A stretch of 64,000 nt of DNA from an uncultured Bacteroidota bacterium (lineage in GTDB: Bacteria > Bacteroidota > Bacteroidia > Bacteroidales > SZUA-534). The notes beneath the pieces are model-generated. The model saw only the letters and a list, made by a program, of their open reading frames with translations, did not search any database and was not told the DNA's origin. The position numbers and the translations under genes were made by a program. Below, one piece after another: positions 8,175 through 16,554 of this stretch. The stretch's first letter is position 1, and each line of letters begins with the position of its first letter. Where the stretch lies: positions 2,595 to 66,594 of the forward strand of contig CAMHPA010000010.1 in NCBI GenBank assembly GCA_946186925.1, read 5' to 3'.

Positions 8175-9476
8175 AATATCATAGACAGCCTCTGCTAGCA
8201 ATTTAGTCCCGTATTTTCGGGAATACTGCTCGATATTCTGTGGGTTGCACGATACGCAGCCAGTGGCCGTAAATTCATTGTAGAGTTCTGTAAGAACCAA
8301 TCTTAAATGTGCGGCATCTTCAACAATAATGCCTGCTTGTGTGTGCTTTAGGCAATCTTCTTGCAAGTGCGAGCTGAAAGGCTCATTATTGGAGTGCGAG
8401 TATGGGTAATACTGCCTTTTCAGCACTTCGGACTCTGCGTCGTTTCGGTAGCATAGCAGAATTTTGCGCTTTATTGCAAGATAATCGTAGATTTTGGTTC
8501 CGATAATCGAATAGTCGTTGAACAAGAGCATAGCATTATGTTGGCAGAGTTGTTGCAGCAGTTCGTTGTTCTTCATTCGTGGATAGACGTGAACAAACTC
8601 CTCCCAATGATTCTCTGCAATTATTTGCGATATATCTTCCGGCTTGTTTATTCCAAAGAAATTAAGTTCAATTTTTCTTCCTTTAGCAAATTCGGCAAAA
8701 GCCGATAGCACGCCTTTATACGGATGCCAGTTGTAAATTGTCCCGGCAAAGGCTATCCGCATTTTGTCGGATTCTTGTGTGATATGTGAAATGGAAGAGG
8801 CAGCATCTGGGTTATATCCGTTGGGAATTATGTAGGTTGTGGGCAAACAAATGTTTTGGTTTATGATTTTTTTTAAAAAATCAGAAACTGTTACCAGTGC
8901 CGTGGCGTTTTTCGTGAATTTCCGTTCCCAGAAACGCGCAAACGGCAAGTCTGCCCGGTTTTTGTTCCCTGTCCATGGGTCACGGTAGTCGGCAATCCAC
9001 GGAATGTTGTGTTTACGGCTCAGGGCCGATGCATATTTGAACAGTACAAACGGCTCTCCAGTGGCAAGAATCGCATCTGCATTGTTGTTTTTCAGATATT
9101 TTACGGCACCGCGATATAAACACGATTTCGGCCCGACAAAAAACGGGTATTGTGCGAATTCATAGAAAGCCGAAACCGCTTTCCGTACAAGTGAAAAACG
9201 GTTTTTGCCGTATTTGAGCATCAGTCGATTAGCAAGATTCGGCTTGTACGGCGTGCGGATAATTGTGCCGCATTCAGTTTCCTCAACAATGGTTTCGGTG
9301 CTTTCGCTTGGCGCGATATAATCGAGTTCGCTACCATAGGTGTTTCCCCATTGCCGGGTGACAACTATCGGATATACACCAAACTCTTTCAGGTACTTAT
9401 ACCACGCGTATGGTCGCAATCCGCCAACCGAAACGTATGGTGGAAAGTCGTAGGCCAATATCAGAAGTCGTTTCAT
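8169..9476 (-). CDS. glycosyltransferase (GT-B fold, GT4-like)
   Basis: The preferred start is MKRLLILAYDFPPYVSVGGLRPYAWYKYL (ATG at 9476). The track ORF extends to 9662 through an implausible leader, and an alternative ATG lies at 9527. Confidence 0.7.
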   Translation of the reverse strand: MKRLLILAYDFPPYVSVGGLRPYAWYKYLKEFGVYPIVVTRQWGNTYGSELDYIAPSESTETIVEETECGTIIRTPYKPNLANRLMLKYGKNRFSLVRKAVSAFYEFAQYPFFVGPKSCLYRGAVKYLKNNNADAILATGEPFVLFKYASALSRKHNIPWIADYRDPWTGNKNRADLPFARFWERKFTKNATALVTVSDFLKKIINQNICLPTTYIIPNGYNPDAASSISHITQESDKMRIAFAGTIYNWHPYKGVLSAFAEFAKGRKIELNFFGINKPEDISQIIAENHWEEFVHVYPRMKNNELLQQLCQHNAMLLFNDYSIIGTKIYDYLAIKRKILLCYRNDAESEVLKRQYYPYSHSNNEPFSSHLQEDCLKHTQAGIIVEDAAHLRLVLTELYNEFTATGCVSCNPQNIEQYSRKYGTKLLAEAVYDIA

Positions 9477-9710
9477 TGCATCACATTCACTATTGCCCGG
9501 GTCAATGCGTTCAGCGTTTTTTCGCATATGATTTGTGCAAATATTCGTTTCAAAGATACCTATCGGAAAACAAATTACGAAAAACTTTTTTTTAATGTTT
9601 TTCGGCAAAAAATGGCAGTAAGAATAATCAGCGTTGTATATTTTTCGCTCTAACATTTCCATTTTTCGATTATGTTTCAGTTATTTGTTGTCGATTTATA
9701 ATAATGGAAT

Positions 9711-10214
9711 ATGAAAAGATTTTTTTTAGCAATAGTTGCGGTTGCTGCAGCCATTATGGTGGGTAATGCACAGAATGTAAAGGTTGGAGACAAACTTGAG
9801 GATTTCACATTGACATCGGTGAATGGTGAAGCTATCAGCCTGTCGCAGTTTAAGGGACAGGTTGTGTTGGTCGATTTCTGGGCATCGTGGTGCGGACCGT
9901 GCCGCCGCGAGAATCCCAATGTGATTGCCGCATATAATAAATACCAAAATAAGAAATTCAAGAAGGGCAAGGGTAAGGGTTTGGTTATCTTGAGCGTGTC
10001 GCTCGATACTGATAAGGACAAATGGGTGAAAGCTATTGAAGAGGACGGCTTGAAATGGGATACCCATGTGTCGGACCTCAAATCTTGGATGGGGATAGCA
10101 AAAAAGTTCGGTATCACATCCATCCCCACTAATTTCCTTGTCGATGGCAAAGGCACGGTTGTTGGCGTTGGACTTCGTGGCACGAAGCTGATGGATGCGC
10201 TAAAGAAATTGTAG
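9711..10214 (+). CDS. TlpA/ResA-like periplasmic thiol:disulfide oxidoreductase (thioredoxin fold)
   Basis: It has a signal peptide and VLVDFWASWCGPCRRENP, which contains the CxxC motif. Confidence 0.9.
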   Translation: MKRFFLAIVAVAAAIMVGNAQNVKVGDKLEDFTLTSVNGEAISLSQFKGQVVLVDFWASWCGPCRRENPNVIAAYNKYQNKKFKKGKGKGLVILSVSLDTDKDKWVKAIEEDGLKWDTHVSDLKSWMGIAKKFGITSIPTNFLVDGKGTVVGVGLRGTKLMDALKKL

Positions 10215-10232
10215 AGCAAATTGTTACAATTG

Positions 10233-10275
10233 AAACGGCATTTTGATCGGCATCGCTGTATGCCGTTTTTTTTTG
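10233..10275 (+). terminator. rho-independent terminator
   Basis: The stem aaacggcat / atgccgttt is followed by a T9 tract. Confidence 0.75.
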
Positions 10276-10339
10276 CATTAAAAAGCCTAAATTGTTTCGT
10301 TTTATTTCAATTGTTCATTATTTTCATACCTTGAGAAAA

Positions 10340-10987
10340 ATGAACCATAGTATGGAATACAAACAATTCGTTTTCAATCCGATACAGGAAAACACCTACG
10401 TTGTTTACGACGAGACTGGCGAAGCGGTCATCATTGATGCGGGCAATTTCAATGAGCGTGAGAATGCGGCTCTGGACGATTTTGTCAGCGACAAAGGCTT
10501 GACTGTCAAGGCGGTACTGTGCACTCACTGCCACTGGGACCATATTTTCGGGCTCGACTGGGTGGCGCAGCAGTATCAGCCGCAAATCTACTGCCACGCC
10601 GCCGACCTGGCTTGGATTGAGAATTTCGGCCACATCTGCGAGAGTTACGGCTTCGGCGAGCGCGCAGTAGCCTATCCCACAAAGTTTTACAGCAATGGCG
10701 ACATTGTCAGTTTCGGCAAGTCGGAACTGAAAGTGTTGAGCACGCCTGGACACTCGCAGGGCGGTGTGGCGCTCTACAGCAAGGCCGATAATCTGCTTTT
10801 CAGCGGCGACACGCTGTTCTTCAACAGCATAGGCCGTGCCGACCTGCCTGGCGGCGACGAGCAGCAACTCATCGAATCGATTAAAAACCAACTGCTTACC
10901 CTGCCCGACGACACCGCCGTGCTGCCTGGCCACGGCTTGCAGACGTCAATCGGATTTGAACGCACCAACAACCCTTATCTGCAATAA
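10340..10987 (+). CDS. MBL-fold metallo-hydrolase (glyoxalase II-like)
   Basis: It carries the HxHxDH motif (THCHWDH), STPGHSQGG, and GDTLF...GRADLPGG. The start is ambiguous (10292, 10340 or 10352). Confidence 0.85.
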   Translation: MNHSMEYKQFVFNPIQENTYVVYDETGEAVIIDAGNFNERENAALDDFVSDKGLTVKAVLCTHCHWDHIFGLDWVAQQYQPQIYCHAADLAWIENFGHICESYGFGERAVAYPTKFYSNGDIVSFGKSELKVLSTPGHSQGGVALYSKADNLLFSGDTLFFNSIGRADLPGGDEQQLIESIKNQLLTLPDDTAVLPGHGLQTSIGFERTNNPYLQ

Positions 10988-10990
10988 ACT

Positions 10991-13900
10991 ATGGAACAGC
11001 ACTCGCAAAACCTTCTGACTGACAAAATGTTAGCCAACATCGGACTGATGACGGCCGAAGCGTCGCAGTTTGCCGACCGCAACTCGATGCTGCAATATGT
11101 GGTCAACACCGTGGCCGCGGGCTTCGACGCAACCGACGGTGTTTTTGTGTCGGTAGTTTACAAGGGCATCAGTTACACCAACGGGCTGGCGGCGGACGCT
11201 GCAGAGCGCATATCGGTGCCGATAGTGATTGTGGGCGAAGTGAAGGGCTCTGTCAATGTGTCGTGGCCAACAGCGCGCAATGTGAGCGATGCGGCTGACA
11301 ATCAGTATATTGAGTGCGTTGCCGACATTATCGCCACACAGGTGATGCGGCTCAAATATGCCGACATTAAAGTGCAGAACCGCGAGAGAATCAAAGAGTT
11401 GGACGCCATCAACTACACCACGCAGATTGTGAAGCACGGACTCCCCATCGACGAGACGCTGCAGAGCATCTGCAATATGCTGCCCCGCGCGTGGTTGCAC
11501 AACGACTGGGCTGCGGCGCGCATCAAGTTTCAGGACAAACAATACACGAGCCTGAATTTTATGGTGACGCAATGGGGTATGAATGAGCAGTTTGCAACCA
11601 TCGATAACAAAAAAGGGAGCATTGAGATTTACTATCTGCGCGATTTTGAGCAGAGCGGCGAGCCCGTCTTTCTGCCCGAAGAGCGCAACCTGCTTGCCAA
11701 CATTGCGCGGCTCATCACGGGCTACCTTAACAGTTTCAAAGGCAGCGAGATAATCTTGCAAAAGGCCGTCATCGACGTGCAGCAGCACCGCACCGACCAA
11801 CTGCGGCGCTCGCTTTCGAAAGAGCACAAGCCGCTTCAGCAGTACTTCAATCAACAAATGATGGACAAGTACGTCTATCTTGATATGATGAAGTACAAAA
11901 TCAAGCATATTCTCTTTGTATCAACACTTTACGACGCCTTCCTGCTCGAGAACGACGACACGTTTTTCGAGAAGTTTATGGGCGAAATCTACCAATACAG
12001 CCTTTTCTCGCTGCCGCGAATCACGGGCGTCTCGTCGGAAGAAGACGCGCTCGAGATTCTCGAAACCACGCCCATCGACCTTGTGATTCTAATGGTTGGC
12101 ATCGACCGCGAGTCGCCCATCGCCTTGAGCGCCAAAATAAAGGAAATGAACGACTCGATTCCCGTCTATCTGCTTATAAATAAAAAGGATGACGAGAAAT
12201 ACTTCAACAATCTGATACCCACCATCACATCGGTCGACAAAATGTTTGTGTGGACGGGCGACACGTCGATTATCTTCGCCATTGTCAAGTCGATAGAAGA
12301 CAGCGTGAACGTGGCCAACGACACCAAGGTGGGTCTGGTGCGCGTGATTCTGCTCATTGAAGACTCGCCGTCGTATTACTCTCGTTATCTGCAAATTCTG
12401 TACTCGATTGTGTTCGACCAAGTGCAGAAACTGCTGCCCGAAGTTGAGAAGAACGAACTGAATAAAATCACAAAAATTCGGTCGCGGCCGAAGATTCTGC
12501 ACGCGCGGAATTACGAAGAAGCCATCGCTATCTTCAACAAATACAAGGACTTTCTGCTGTGCGTGATTTCGGACGTTGAGTTCGACTGGGGCGGCAAGCC
12601 CGACAAGCAGGCGGGCCTGAAGTTTGTGAAATATATGCGCGAGCAGGTCTTCAGCGTGCCTGTGATTCTGCAATCGACTGAAGACGTGCAACTTGAGAAC
12701 GCATCGGAAAACAAGATTTTCTTCATCAACAAAAACAGCGCAACTCTGTTCGACGACCTGCGCCGCCACCTGATTAAGTATCTCGGCTACGGCGATTTTC
12801 TGTTCCGAACCAAGGACGGCAAGGACATTGGGGTGGCCCACTCGCTGCGTGAGTTTGAAATGCTCATCCACGACGTGCCGCAGGACTCGTTTGTGCGCCA
12901 CGCCATTAAGAATCAGTACTCTATCTGGCTTATGGCGCGCGGCGAAATCCAACTGGCGCGGACCATCAACGCTATGCGGTTGGAAGACCGAAACGACATT
13001 GAGCAGTCGCGGCAGGACGTGCTGAACGCTATCCGCGTCTATCGCGAGCAGAAGAAGAAAGGCAAGGTGCTCTCGTACGACGAGACTTCGACCGTTGACG
13101 AGCACAACATTGTGCGCTTTGCGGGCGGCACAATGGGCGGCAAGGGCCGCGGCCTGGCCTTCATCGACGTGCTCATCTACAACCTTGATTTGGGCGACCT
13201 GGCCAAGCGCATCAACCTGCTCACGCCGACAACGGTCATTATCGGCACCGACGAGTTTGATACTTTTATGGAACGTAACAAACTGTATGTCAAGGTTATC
13301 GACCCCGAAGTGTCGTATCAGCGCCTGCGCGAGATTTTCCACTACAGCAACCTGAGTCTGGAACTTGAGCGGCGCGTGCGCGATTTTGTGAACCACATCG
13401 ACAAACCGCTTGTGGTGCGCTCGTCGAGTACGTCGGAAGATTCTATCAATCAGCCGTTTGCGGGCGTTTTTGATACTTACATCGTGCCCAACGGCGAGAA
13501 CAAGGAAAAGACCTTCCAACTGGTTTGCGACGCCATCAAACTGGTCTATGCGTCAGTCTATTCCGACCAGGCGCGGGGCTATTTCAACGCCATCAACCAC
13601 AAGATTGAAGGCGAGAAAATGGCCGTTATTATTCAGGAACTTGTTGGAACTCAATTTGGTAACTACTATTATCCGCACATCAGCGGCGTGGCGCAGTCGT
13701 ACAATTTCTACCCCATTGCCGATATGAAGCCCGAAGAAGGTTACGCCGTAATTGCAATGGGATTAGGCAGTTACGTGGTCGACGGGTGGAAGGCTTACCG
13801 ATTCTCGCCGCGCTACCCGAAGGTGTCAATGTACACCACGCAGTCGCTGCTGCAGACCACGCAGACGCAGTTCTACGCGCTCGACCTGACCAACACCGAC

Positions 13901-14782
13901 CCCGATTTTCTGGCCGACGGCGAGTTGGCGGCCGTGAAAATGGTTGACATCTACGACGCCGAAGAGCACGGCGCACTGAAGCATCTGGCATCGGTTTATA
14001 ATGCTGATAATGACACCGTTAGGTCTGGAACCGACGGCTACGGGCCGCGAGTGCTGAATTTTGCTGATATTCTGCAATATAACTACTTCCCGCTGGCCGA
14101 AACCATCGACACCATTCTGGCCACCGTCCGCGACGCGTTCGGCTCGCCTGTCGAGATTGAGTACGCCGTGAACCTGACGCCTGGCCTTGACGGCAAACCA
14201 TCGTTCTATCTGCTTCAGATTAAGCCACTTGTGGGTGCAAACACCATCGAGACCGACTGCAACATTTTTGAGCAGAAAGAGCGGCTGTGGCTCTACACGC
14301 AGCAGAGTCTGGGCAACGGCACGCTGAATGACATCGAAGACGTGATTTACATCGACAACGAGAAGTTTAACAAGCTGGAAACCATTGAAATGGCCGAAGA
14401 AATCAACCGCCTGAACACAATGATGATTGAAGAAGGCCGCAAGTATATCTTGATTGGTCCTGGGCGTTGGGGCTCAAGCGACCGTTTTCTGGGCGTTCCC
14501 GTCGATTGGTCGCAGATTTCGAACGCGCGTGTGATTGTTGAAATCGGCCTGAACGACTATCCGCTCGACTTTTCGCTTGGCTCGCATTTCTTCCACAATG
14601 TCACGTCGATGAACATTGGCTATTTTGCTGTGCAGAACCACTCGGCAAAGAGTTTTATCCGTTGGGAAGTACTTGATAATCAGGAAACAATACACGCAAC
14701 AAAACATTTCCGCCATATCCGCTTCAACCACCCCGTCACCGTTGTGATGGACGGCAAAGAGAAGGTGGCAGGGATTTGCTGA
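10991..14782 (+). CDS. multidomain sensor protein: GAF-like N-terminus, two receiver-like domains, PEP/pyruvate-binding (PPDK_N ATP-grasp) domain
   Basis: REC2 has ILLIEDSP...LLCVISDVEF...PVILQS. The ATP-grasp part has GGTMGGKGRGLAFI and VVRSSSTSEDS. The C-terminal part contains LIGPGRWGSSDR. I see no GGxTxH swivel-His motif and no PEP-utilizer TIM-barrel segment. Confidence 0.75.
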   Translation: MEQHSQNLLTDKMLANIGLMTAEASQFADRNSMLQYVVNTVAAGFDATDGVFVSVVYKGISYTNGLAADAAERISVPIVIVGEVKGSVNVSWPTARNVSDAADNQYIECVADIIATQVMRLKYADIKVQNRERIKELDAINYTTQIVKHGLPIDETLQSICNMLPRAWLHNDWAAARIKFQDKQYTSLNFMVTQWGMNEQFATIDNKKGSIEIYYLRDFEQSGEPVFLPEERNLLANIARLITGYLNSFKGSEIILQKAVIDVQQHRTDQLRRSLSKEHKPLQQYFNQQMMDKYVYLDMMKYKIKHILFVSTLYDAFLLENDDTFFEKFMGEIYQYSLFSLPRITGVSSEEDALEILETTPIDLVILMVGIDRESPIALSAKIKEMNDSIPVYLLINKKDDEKYFNNLIPTITSVDKMFVWTGDTSIIFAIVKSIEDSVNVANDTKVGLVRVILLIEDSPSYYSRYLQILYSIVFDQVQKLLPEVEKNELNKITKIRSRPKILHARNYEEAIAIFNKYKDFLLCVISDVEFDWGGKPDKQAGLKFVKYMREQVFSVPVILQSTEDVQLENASENKIFFINKNSATLFDDLRRHLIKYLGYGDFLFRTKDGKDIGVAHSLREFEMLIHDVPQDSFVRHAIKNQYSIWLMARGEIQLARTINAMRLEDRNDIEQSRQDVLNAIRVYREQKKKGKVLSYDETSTVDEHNIVRFAGGTMGGKGRGLAFIDVLIYNLDLGDLAKRINLLTPTTVIIGTDEFDTFMERNKLYVKVIDPEVSYQRLREIFHYSNLSLELERRVRDFVNHIDKPLVVRSSSTSEDSINQPFAGVFDTYIVPNGENKEKTFQLVCDAIKLVYASVYSDQARGYFNAINHKIEGEKMAVIIQELVGTQFGNYYYPHISGVAQSYNFYPIADMKPEEGYAVIAMGLGSYVVDGWKAYRFSPRYPKVSMYTTQSLLQTTQTQFYALDLTNTDPDFLADGELAAVKMVDIYDAEEHGALKHLASVYNADNDTVRSGTDGYGPRVLNFADILQYNYFPLAETIDTILATVRDAFGSPVEIEYAVNLTPGLDGKPSFYLLQIKPLVGANTIETDCNIFEQKERLWLYTQQSLGNGTLNDIEDVIYIDNEKFNKLETIEMAEEINRLNTMMIEEGRKYILIGPGRWGSSDRFLGVPVDWSQISNARVIVEIGLNDYPLDFSLGSHFFHNVTSMNIGYFAVQNHSAKSFIRWEVLDNQETIHATKHFRHIRFNHPVTVVMDGKEKVAGIC

Positions 14783-14930
14783 AGAATTTGATTGCACTTT
14801 GCACGGACTTGCGCTCAAAAAAAGCAATCTAACAGTTAGTGTAGCACGCATTTTGCAGAAAACCGAAAAAAATTAATATTGCAATGCGTTTCTGGCAAGC
14901 GATATTTTAAAAACTTAAAAACGCATTTTT

Positions 14931-15581
14931 ATGGTATTTGTAGGATTATTCAGTCAGCACAAATTGATTCTTGAGAGCGTAACTGCTTATCTGTCAAATT
15001 ATTCTGACATCAAGGTGGTGATTGCCACCAGCGACAAGCCGACTCTGTTCGAGAAGATGAAGCAACACATTGTGCACGTGCTAGTTGTGAATATGTTCGA
15101 GCTTTCGACGGCCGAACTGAATTTTATCATCGACACAATGCTGAAATATCCGAAGTTGAAAATCTTGTTGCTATCGAATGCCAACCGTGACGATGTTATT
15201 CTGCGCTCGATAAAAGCCGGTGCCAAAGGTTACATCACCATCGATGCTACAGGCGGTGAGCTGGCGCAGGCCATTTTCTCGCTTCGTGCTGGCCACGACT
15301 ACTACAGCGACAGCATCACACAGCTGCTGCTTAACCGCTACATTTCTAGCAATTTAACCGATTCTCAAGCCGACGATGACGACGACCCGTTGAGCGCCCG
15401 TCAGATTGAGATTCTGAAACTTTGGGGCGACGGCTTCAGCAATCAGGAAATTGCCGACAAACTGTTTATCAGTGTTCGCACTGTTGAGACGCACAAAAAC
15501 CATATAATGCAGAAACTCAACCTGAAAAGCACCGTCGATTTGGTGAAATATGCTATTAAGAGCAATATTATCAAGTTGTAA
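14931..15581 (+). CDS. LuxR/NarL-family DNA-binding regulator with degenerate receiver domain
   Basis: The C-terminal HTH is LSARQIEILKLWGDGFSNQEIADKLFISVRTVETHKNHIMQKL. The receiver lacks the acidic pair (FSQH), the phospho-Asp (VVNMFE) and the conserved Lys (GYITID). Confidence 0.85.
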   Translation: MVFVGLFSQHKLILESVTAYLSNYSDIKVVIATSDKPTLFEKMKQHIVHVLVVNMFELSTAELNFIIDTMLKYPKLKILLLSNANRDDVILRSIKAGAKGYITIDATGGELAQAIFSLRAGHDYYSDSITQLLLNRYISSNLTDSQADDDDDPLSARQIEILKLWGDGFSNQEIADKLFISVRTVETHKNHIMQKLNLKSTVDLVKYAIKSNIIKL

Positions 15582-15611
15582 ATCTGGGTGTAATTTGTTG
15601 TGCGATTTGTA

Positions 15612-15633
15612 GAGACGTGGCGCGCCGCGTCTC
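15612..15633. terminator. GC-rich palindromic hairpin GAGACGTGGCGCGCCGCGTCTC between convergent genes
   Basis: It is a perfect outer stem gagacg/cgtctc with GC-rich inner pairing. The site lies 30 nt after the LuxR-gene stop and 16 nt after the dus-family stop. There is no T-tract. A near-identical copy is at 44386-44409. Confidence 0.45.
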
Positions 15634-15648
15634 CTATCAGATTACACC

Positions 15649-16548
15649 TTAAAACAGACTTTCGACAGTTTCGCAAAACTTTTCTGAATTATTGATTTTC
15701 TGAAGTTTGGCAAAAATCTCATCAGGCTTGTCAAGCGCTTTTGCGAAATATTTCCAAAGTTCCTTAAGGCGGTTCAGGTTGTTGCGAGCGCAATACCAAT
15801 GCGTGATTTCTGTTGCAAATTGCCTGAATGTTGGCGCATTGTCAGTTGATAAGCCTTTGATTTGCAATCCGATGTATGGATTCGCTATTGCACCGCGGCC
15901 AATCATATACCCTTTCAGGTTCGGCAAACTGATGTTGGCGTCGGCTGCGCAGGCGATGTCGCCGTTATAGACAATGGGATTGAGTGAGTTGCCAGCAGAT
16001 TCGATGAACGCCTGGCGGTAAGGCTCGCCGCCGTATTGTTGTTCGGCTGTGCGAGCGTGAACAATCAACTCGTTGAGTTTGAATTTGTTGAATACTTCGA
16101 TAATTGCAGGAAACTCATCGGGCGAACTGAATCCGATGCGAATCTTCACCGATAGTTTAGGTTTCAAACGGCCAATGGCGCTATCGAGCAGACGCTCAAG
16201 GTTTTCCAAATCGCGTAGCAATGCGGCACCGCGGTTTTTGCTCACCACAAACTTTATTGGGCAACCCATATTCCAATTCACTTTTGGGTAGCCTAAATCG
16301 TTAAGAATGTTGGCTATTGCCACAAAAGCGTCGGCGTTGTTGCTCAAAAGTTGCGGCACAAGGTTAACACTTTTGCTGATGCCCGAAAAACGGCGGGCAA
16401 GCACTTGCGGTTTAGGCATAGAGCGCTCATCAGCAAGCATATACGGTGCAAAAATCTCATCGAAGCCGCCAACTTCGGCAATGGCGTTCATAAACGGCGC
16501 GTCAATCAGCCCCAGCATTGGCGCAAGTTGCACAATCTTCTCAGCCAT
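15649..16548 (-). CDS. tRNA-dihydrouridine synthase family protein
   Basis: QLAPMLGLIDAPFMNAI and NWNMGCPIKFVVSKNRGAALL (NxGCP catalytic Cys) are both present, at a TIM-barrel-compatible length. Confidence 0.75.
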   Translation of the reverse strand: MAEKIVQLAPMLGLIDAPFMNAIAEVGGFDEIFAPYMLADERSMPKPQVLARRFSGISKSVNLVPQLLSNNADAFVAIANILNDLGYPKVNWNMGCPIKFVVSKNRGAALLRDLENLERLLDSAIGRLKPKLSVKIRIGFSSPDEFPAIIEVFNKFKLNELIVHARTAEQQYGGEPYRQAFIESAGNSLNPIVYNGDIACAADANISLPNLKGYMIGRGAIANPYIGLQIKGLSTDNAPTFRQFATEITHWYCARNNLNRLKELWKYFAKALDKPDEIFAKLQKINNSEKFCETVESLF

Positions 16549-16554
16549 AGCGTT

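Noticed and set aside
9477-9662. 62-codon N-terminal extension of the glycosyltransferase ORF.
   Set aside because: The extension (MEMLERKIYNADYSYCHFLPKN…) has no signal, TM or GT character. The canonical GT start MKRLLILAYDFPP follows it. An intermediate ATG at 9527 cannot be excluded.
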